DNA from: Vitrella brassicaformis CCMP3155
Lineage: Eukaryota > Protista > Chromerida
Assembly: GCA_001179505.1 (NCBI GenBank)
Contig: CDMY01000748.1
Span: 186,001 to 250,000, forward strand
Length of the DNA stretch: 64,000 nt
Direction of reading: 5' to 3'
The notes under the pieces were generated by a model. It did not search any database, was not told the origin of the DNA, and saw only the letters and a list, made by a program, of their open reading frames with translations. Each line of letters begins with the position of its first letter. Position 1 is the stretch's first letter. Made by a program: the position numbers and the translations under genes. Below, one piece after another: positions 60,022 to 64,000 of the stretch.

Positions 60022-62603
60022 CTAGTAAATCGTGGAGACATCAGGGAAGACCCCGGTGACCTGTGGGCGGACCATCGGCCGCTTGCGGGCCCATCTGCTC
60101 ATTCGGTACTTGAGGTCCTCCTCATACACAGGCTGCTTGGGCACCTCGGGCTCCTCCAAATCCGGAAACTGAGACAGGATGTGGGTCAGCTGCGCGTCCT
60201 TCTGGTGCTCATCTAGCGTGTCCCAGTGACACCTGCACACAGAGGCGGGCGGCCATCCATCCATCCATTCATGAGCCAGACATCCAGGCAGCACAGGCGT
60301 GTTGTACCTGTGTATGGTGACGACATTGACCCCAAAGTGCTGCATGAGCCGCGTCTTGAGAGCGATCCACCCTGACGCCTTGGGTCGCCCCGGCCCCAAG
60401 GGCTGGTAGTAGTCATACTCCAAAGCCAGCTTCTTGTGCTTCAACAGATGGCCTGCGAACCAGCAGTGCTGCTCGTCAAACGGCCTGCCCGCGGAGCAGT
60501 TGATGAGGGCCCCGGGGACACGCAGACGGCGGAGTGCTTCGTCCACGTCTTTCTGGAGCTTCTCAGAGCCCTGCACACACACGCGCCGCGCCATGACGCG
60601 GGGGTGTGTGCGTGTGTGTGTGTATGTGTGTGTGTGTGTGTGTGTGTGGGTGTGTGGGTGTACCTGTGGCTGTGCGTGAAGGACGATCTTGTCGAGCCAC
60701 CGGAGATGCAGCCGCTGCTGGATCTCTATCGGCAAGGCCTGACCACAATATGTATGCACACAAGCATACAAAGACGTCGTCTGTGTGTCTGACTGACCCG
60801 TTTGATGGCGATCTCGCTCTTGGGCTTCTCCACATCGCAGCAGTAGAGCGTCTGCACCACACACCCCCACACACGCACGCACAGAGACGCTCCGACACGC
60901 GTGTCTCAGTGTGTGTGTGTGTGGCCTGACTTGGTAGAGGAAGAACTGGACCCATCCGCTCTCGTCGAGGTCGTCGCCAGCCTGCTCCACGGCATACTTC
61001 AGAAAATACGGCAGGGGCGTCATCTCAGCCGTTGGGCTGCAGATGCACACGAAAACGGTCAATAAACGTCTCTCTCTCTCTCTCTCTCTCTGTCTGTGTG
61101 TGTGTGTGTGTGTGTGCGTGTGTGCCTGTCGTAGGTGCCGTTGATGACGACTGCGAATGCCAGGGCGGCCCAGTCGAAGGCCGTGCCCTCCCCACCGTCA
61201 GGCAGCACGTAGTCACTCGGCTCGCGGCTATCCGGGCTGGCACCTACACAGCCACACTCACACACATATTCCCCTCCCTCTCTCTCCCTGTGTGTGAATG
61301 CTCTCTATCCTACCCTCTCTGAGCTGCGGCCACACGAACCTCCTGGCTGCCTCGATGACCAGCCGATCGACGAGGCCAGAGTAGTCGCGGGACAGATCAG
61401 AAACCGGGCCGAATGTGTTGGGGCCTTTGGTGTCGCCGATGCCGAGCAGAGACAGAGATAGGGCCATGGTAGAGAGCGCGGGCAGGGTCCACGACTGCAC
61501 ACACACACCAGGTACACACACAGACAAACAGAGAGAGAGAGAGAGAGAGGATCGAGTCATAGGATGGATGGATGGATGCGTGTGTGCGTACGCTCATGTG
61601 CTGTTCGACGAGGTCCAGTATGGCCGGCATCAGTTGCCAGCACCGGTACTCAACAGCAGCCATGGAATACAGAAGACGGGGCGCAAATTTGGCCTGATCG
61701 AAGAAGACAACACTCACTGACTGATGCACACGTGTCTATCGCCCGTGTGTGTGCGTGTACCCGTAGCTTGTGCCTTCGTTCGATGAGGTCAAACAGAAGC
61801 CACTTGAAGGACGGGATGGTGTGGATCAGCTGCTTGTCGCGGGTCGACCTGCACTCACACACAGTCATATCACGGCCTGTCCGGTGTGGCCATGTGGCAC
61901 AGTAGTCACCCACCAGAATGAGTTGAATCCGAATGTGTTGGCGAGGTGGTGGAAGCAGCGGACGAGGAAGGCGTATTGGGGGTGGTCCACCGTCTTCATG
62001 TACTCGCGGTAGATCCTACACACACACACACACAGAGAAAGAGAGAGTGTGTTGACGCGTTGATGCGTGTGAGTGTGTGTGCAGGGCTGCAATCACTTGA
62101 TGAGTGTCCTGGGGTTGCTGTGCGCCTTGTCCAGCTTCTTGTGGTAGTAAGATACGATGTCCTTCGGAGGTAGATTCTCAAACACCTGACACACACACAC
62201 ACACATACACTCACTCAGTCCCACGCATCCGTCTGCTCCGAGCATTGCAACAGTGCATTTCTCTGTGCGCACCGCACCTTGACTCTCCTGAGAGCCCTGG
62301 GCGCCAGTGCGTCGAGGTACAGCTTGTGCGTCATGCTCTGACTCGTCACCTGCGCCAACGACACGATGCCCCGACTCCTGCAGCCCAGCCAGCACAAAGT
62401 GAACGGCACACACATACACACGTGTGTATATAATGCATAGATCTGTACGTGCCGATGTGTATGTGCATGTGTGTGTGCGTGTGCGTGGATGAATGTGGTG
62501 TGGTGTGTGTTGCTGACTGACGCAGCGGGAGGAGCATCGGATGGGCGAGATGCTGAGGGCAGACGGGCAGATCTGAAGCTGCTCCCCATCGCAGCACCAA
62601 CAC
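60022..62603 (-). CDS. RAP-domain (FASTK/HPR-type) organellar RNA-binding protein
   Basis: C-terminal KLQKDVDEALRRL...KKLALEYDY...GWIALKTRLMQHFGVNVVTIHR|CHWDTL, preceded by many helical-repeat exons. Confidence 0.75.
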
Positions 62604-62649
62604 AGGGGCGCATCCTCCTACACGGGAAATAGCAGTGGGGGGATTGCAG

Positions 62650-62669
62650 TAGGGTTTTCCTTAGGGTTT
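62650..62669 (-). promoter_or_regulatory. Two telo-box-like motifs (AAACCCTA)
   Basis: tagggttt at 62650-62657 and 62662-62669, about 50-65 nt upstream of the inferred RAP gene ATG. Confidence 0.3.
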
Positions 62670-63412
62670 TTGCTTCTGTGTAACAGTGTTCTTTGCTTCG
62701 TTAAAGGACTGAGTCCATTCCAAACCTGACCCAGTCCGAAGTATGAGTAACATGACACTGAGACAGGTGCATGAAATCCCAAACCCACCCATCCACCCAC
62801 CCAGACGCACTTGACCCAACACGGCCTTGAGCCCAAGGTCCGCCAGGACAACACACACACGATGTACTTTACTTACTCCTGATGATGACTACCTCACCTG
62901 CCTTGCCTTACCGTACGCTACTGGCACGGCAGTGCCGCTCTACCTACCCTACCTGCCTACGCTCGAACGCACTCAGGACTTCACAGAAATGGACACATGT
63001 AGAGTGTAAGTCAAGAATGAAAGCACTGGATCAGGACCAAAAGCAAAACACATGAACCCCACACGTATCAACCACGGTTTGATAGACTTGCACCCTACCA
63101 GGGGATGCCGGCTCTCTTGATTGCATTATCAAGACCATCACCAAGCTGCCACCCACCCAACCAACCACCCAACCAACCACGTGCATACATACATACACGT
63201 CGATCCATCCATCCATCCATCCATCTACCTATGCCAAAAAGTCACGAACCCAAATGATCTATTTCAGCGAATAGCAACATGAAAGCAAACCGTCTCTTGC
63301 TCGTGTAGTCGGTTGTCGATTACATCCATATCACGGACACCCACAGGCACAGGCACAGGCACAGGCACATTCGACAGCGGGCACGCGACTGGCGCACACC
63401 AGACACGTGAAC

Positions 63413-63760
63413 TCATGTGCATCGGGGACTCACATGCCAGTTGCCGGATCCGTCCATGCTCTCTCGTCCACTCTCCGACCTCCGCTTCATGTTCAGATTC
63501 TCCCCGTCGCAGTTAAAGGTGTGGTCGCCCTCCCAAACCCCTCTGTCGACGAGGCTCTCCGCGTACCAGTACATGAAACCGGTATCGCCTGCGGCCTGGA
63601 GATCCTCGCCGCTCTCGACCAACTTAAACTCCTCACCGGGAGACGCGTCATGCCAGCGGCTGCAGACCCACTTGCCGGATGTCGACCTGTACCGGACCAC
63701 GACCTGTATGCGCTTATGGCAGTCGTTCCGGATGTAGATCTTCCTCGACTGCACACACAT
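63413..63760 (-). CDS. DUF1036-like domain exon; the gene continues toward and beyond the window end
   Basis: IYIRNDCHKRIQVVVRY...KWVCSRWHDASPGE...FMYWYAES....WEGDHTF matches my recollection of the DUF1036 pattern. The upstream exon has LPDLPR repeats at about 63875-63925. Confidence 0.5.
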   Translation of the reverse strand: MCVQSRKIYIRNDCHKRIQVVVRYRSTSGKWVCSRWHDASPGEEFKLVESGEDLQAAGDTGFMYWYAESLVDRGVWEGDHTFNCDGENLNMKRRSESGRESMDGSGNWHVSPRCT

Positions 63761-64000
63761 ACAGCATAACACAGAGAAAACAACAGGATCAGTCGAGTCG
63801 AAGGAAGGTGACTCGCGTCACACACACACACACACATCGCCGAATTCGTCGACTCTATCATCAATAACACTACCCACCTGTGGCGCGGAAGGCGCGGAAG
63901 GTCGGGAAGGCGCGGAAGGTCGGGAAGTTTGCGGCGGCCCCCCGGTCCCACCCCCACTCGACGGGCAGGAACCCTACACGGACAGACACACACACACACA

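Noticed and set aside
62650-62669. Interstitial telomere array
   Set aside because: Only two separated units; far too short for a telomeric tract.
1-64000. tRNA, rRNA or snRNA genes
   Set aside because: No cloverleaf, A/B-box or rRNA-like segments noticed by eye. A tRNAscan-SE/Infernal run is needed to exclude them formally.

Overview
Intron-rich eukaryotic genomic DNA. It has short GT-AG introns loaded with (AC)n/(GT)n/(GATG)n microsatellites and three 300-N scaffold gaps. Intron style and gene content (RAP and mTERF organellar proteins, expanded KCTD-type BTB families, a bipartite-looking leader) suggest a chromerid alveolate such as Vitrella; this is inference. About 20 spliced genes were assembled by hand from splice sites and reading phase, so boundaries are approximate. 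The dominant feature is an expansion of a divergent FKBP-fold domain lacking the 80s loop: 16 copies, each entered through a phase-2 intron and attached to different N-termini. These are signal peptide plus an unnamed ~45-aa module (7.3-12.1 kb), BTB-coil-BTB (three genes), and a tandem array of nine symmetric phase-2 exon cassettes with homologous introns (29.7-34.0 kb). Other genes: a PD-(D/E)xK-like/glycine-zipper/DnaJ fusion, a VHS-GAT-coiled-coil-alpha-adaptin-ear protein, a signal-peptide CX5R phosphatase, a SURNod19/copper-monooxygenase-like protein, two RING proteins, an mTERF-like protein, a RAP protein and a DUF1036-like fragment. There is also an intergenic 35-bp hairpin. No rRNA, tRNA, CRISPR array or transposase/RT was recognised. 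All domain calls are motif recognition by eye; no database searches were run.
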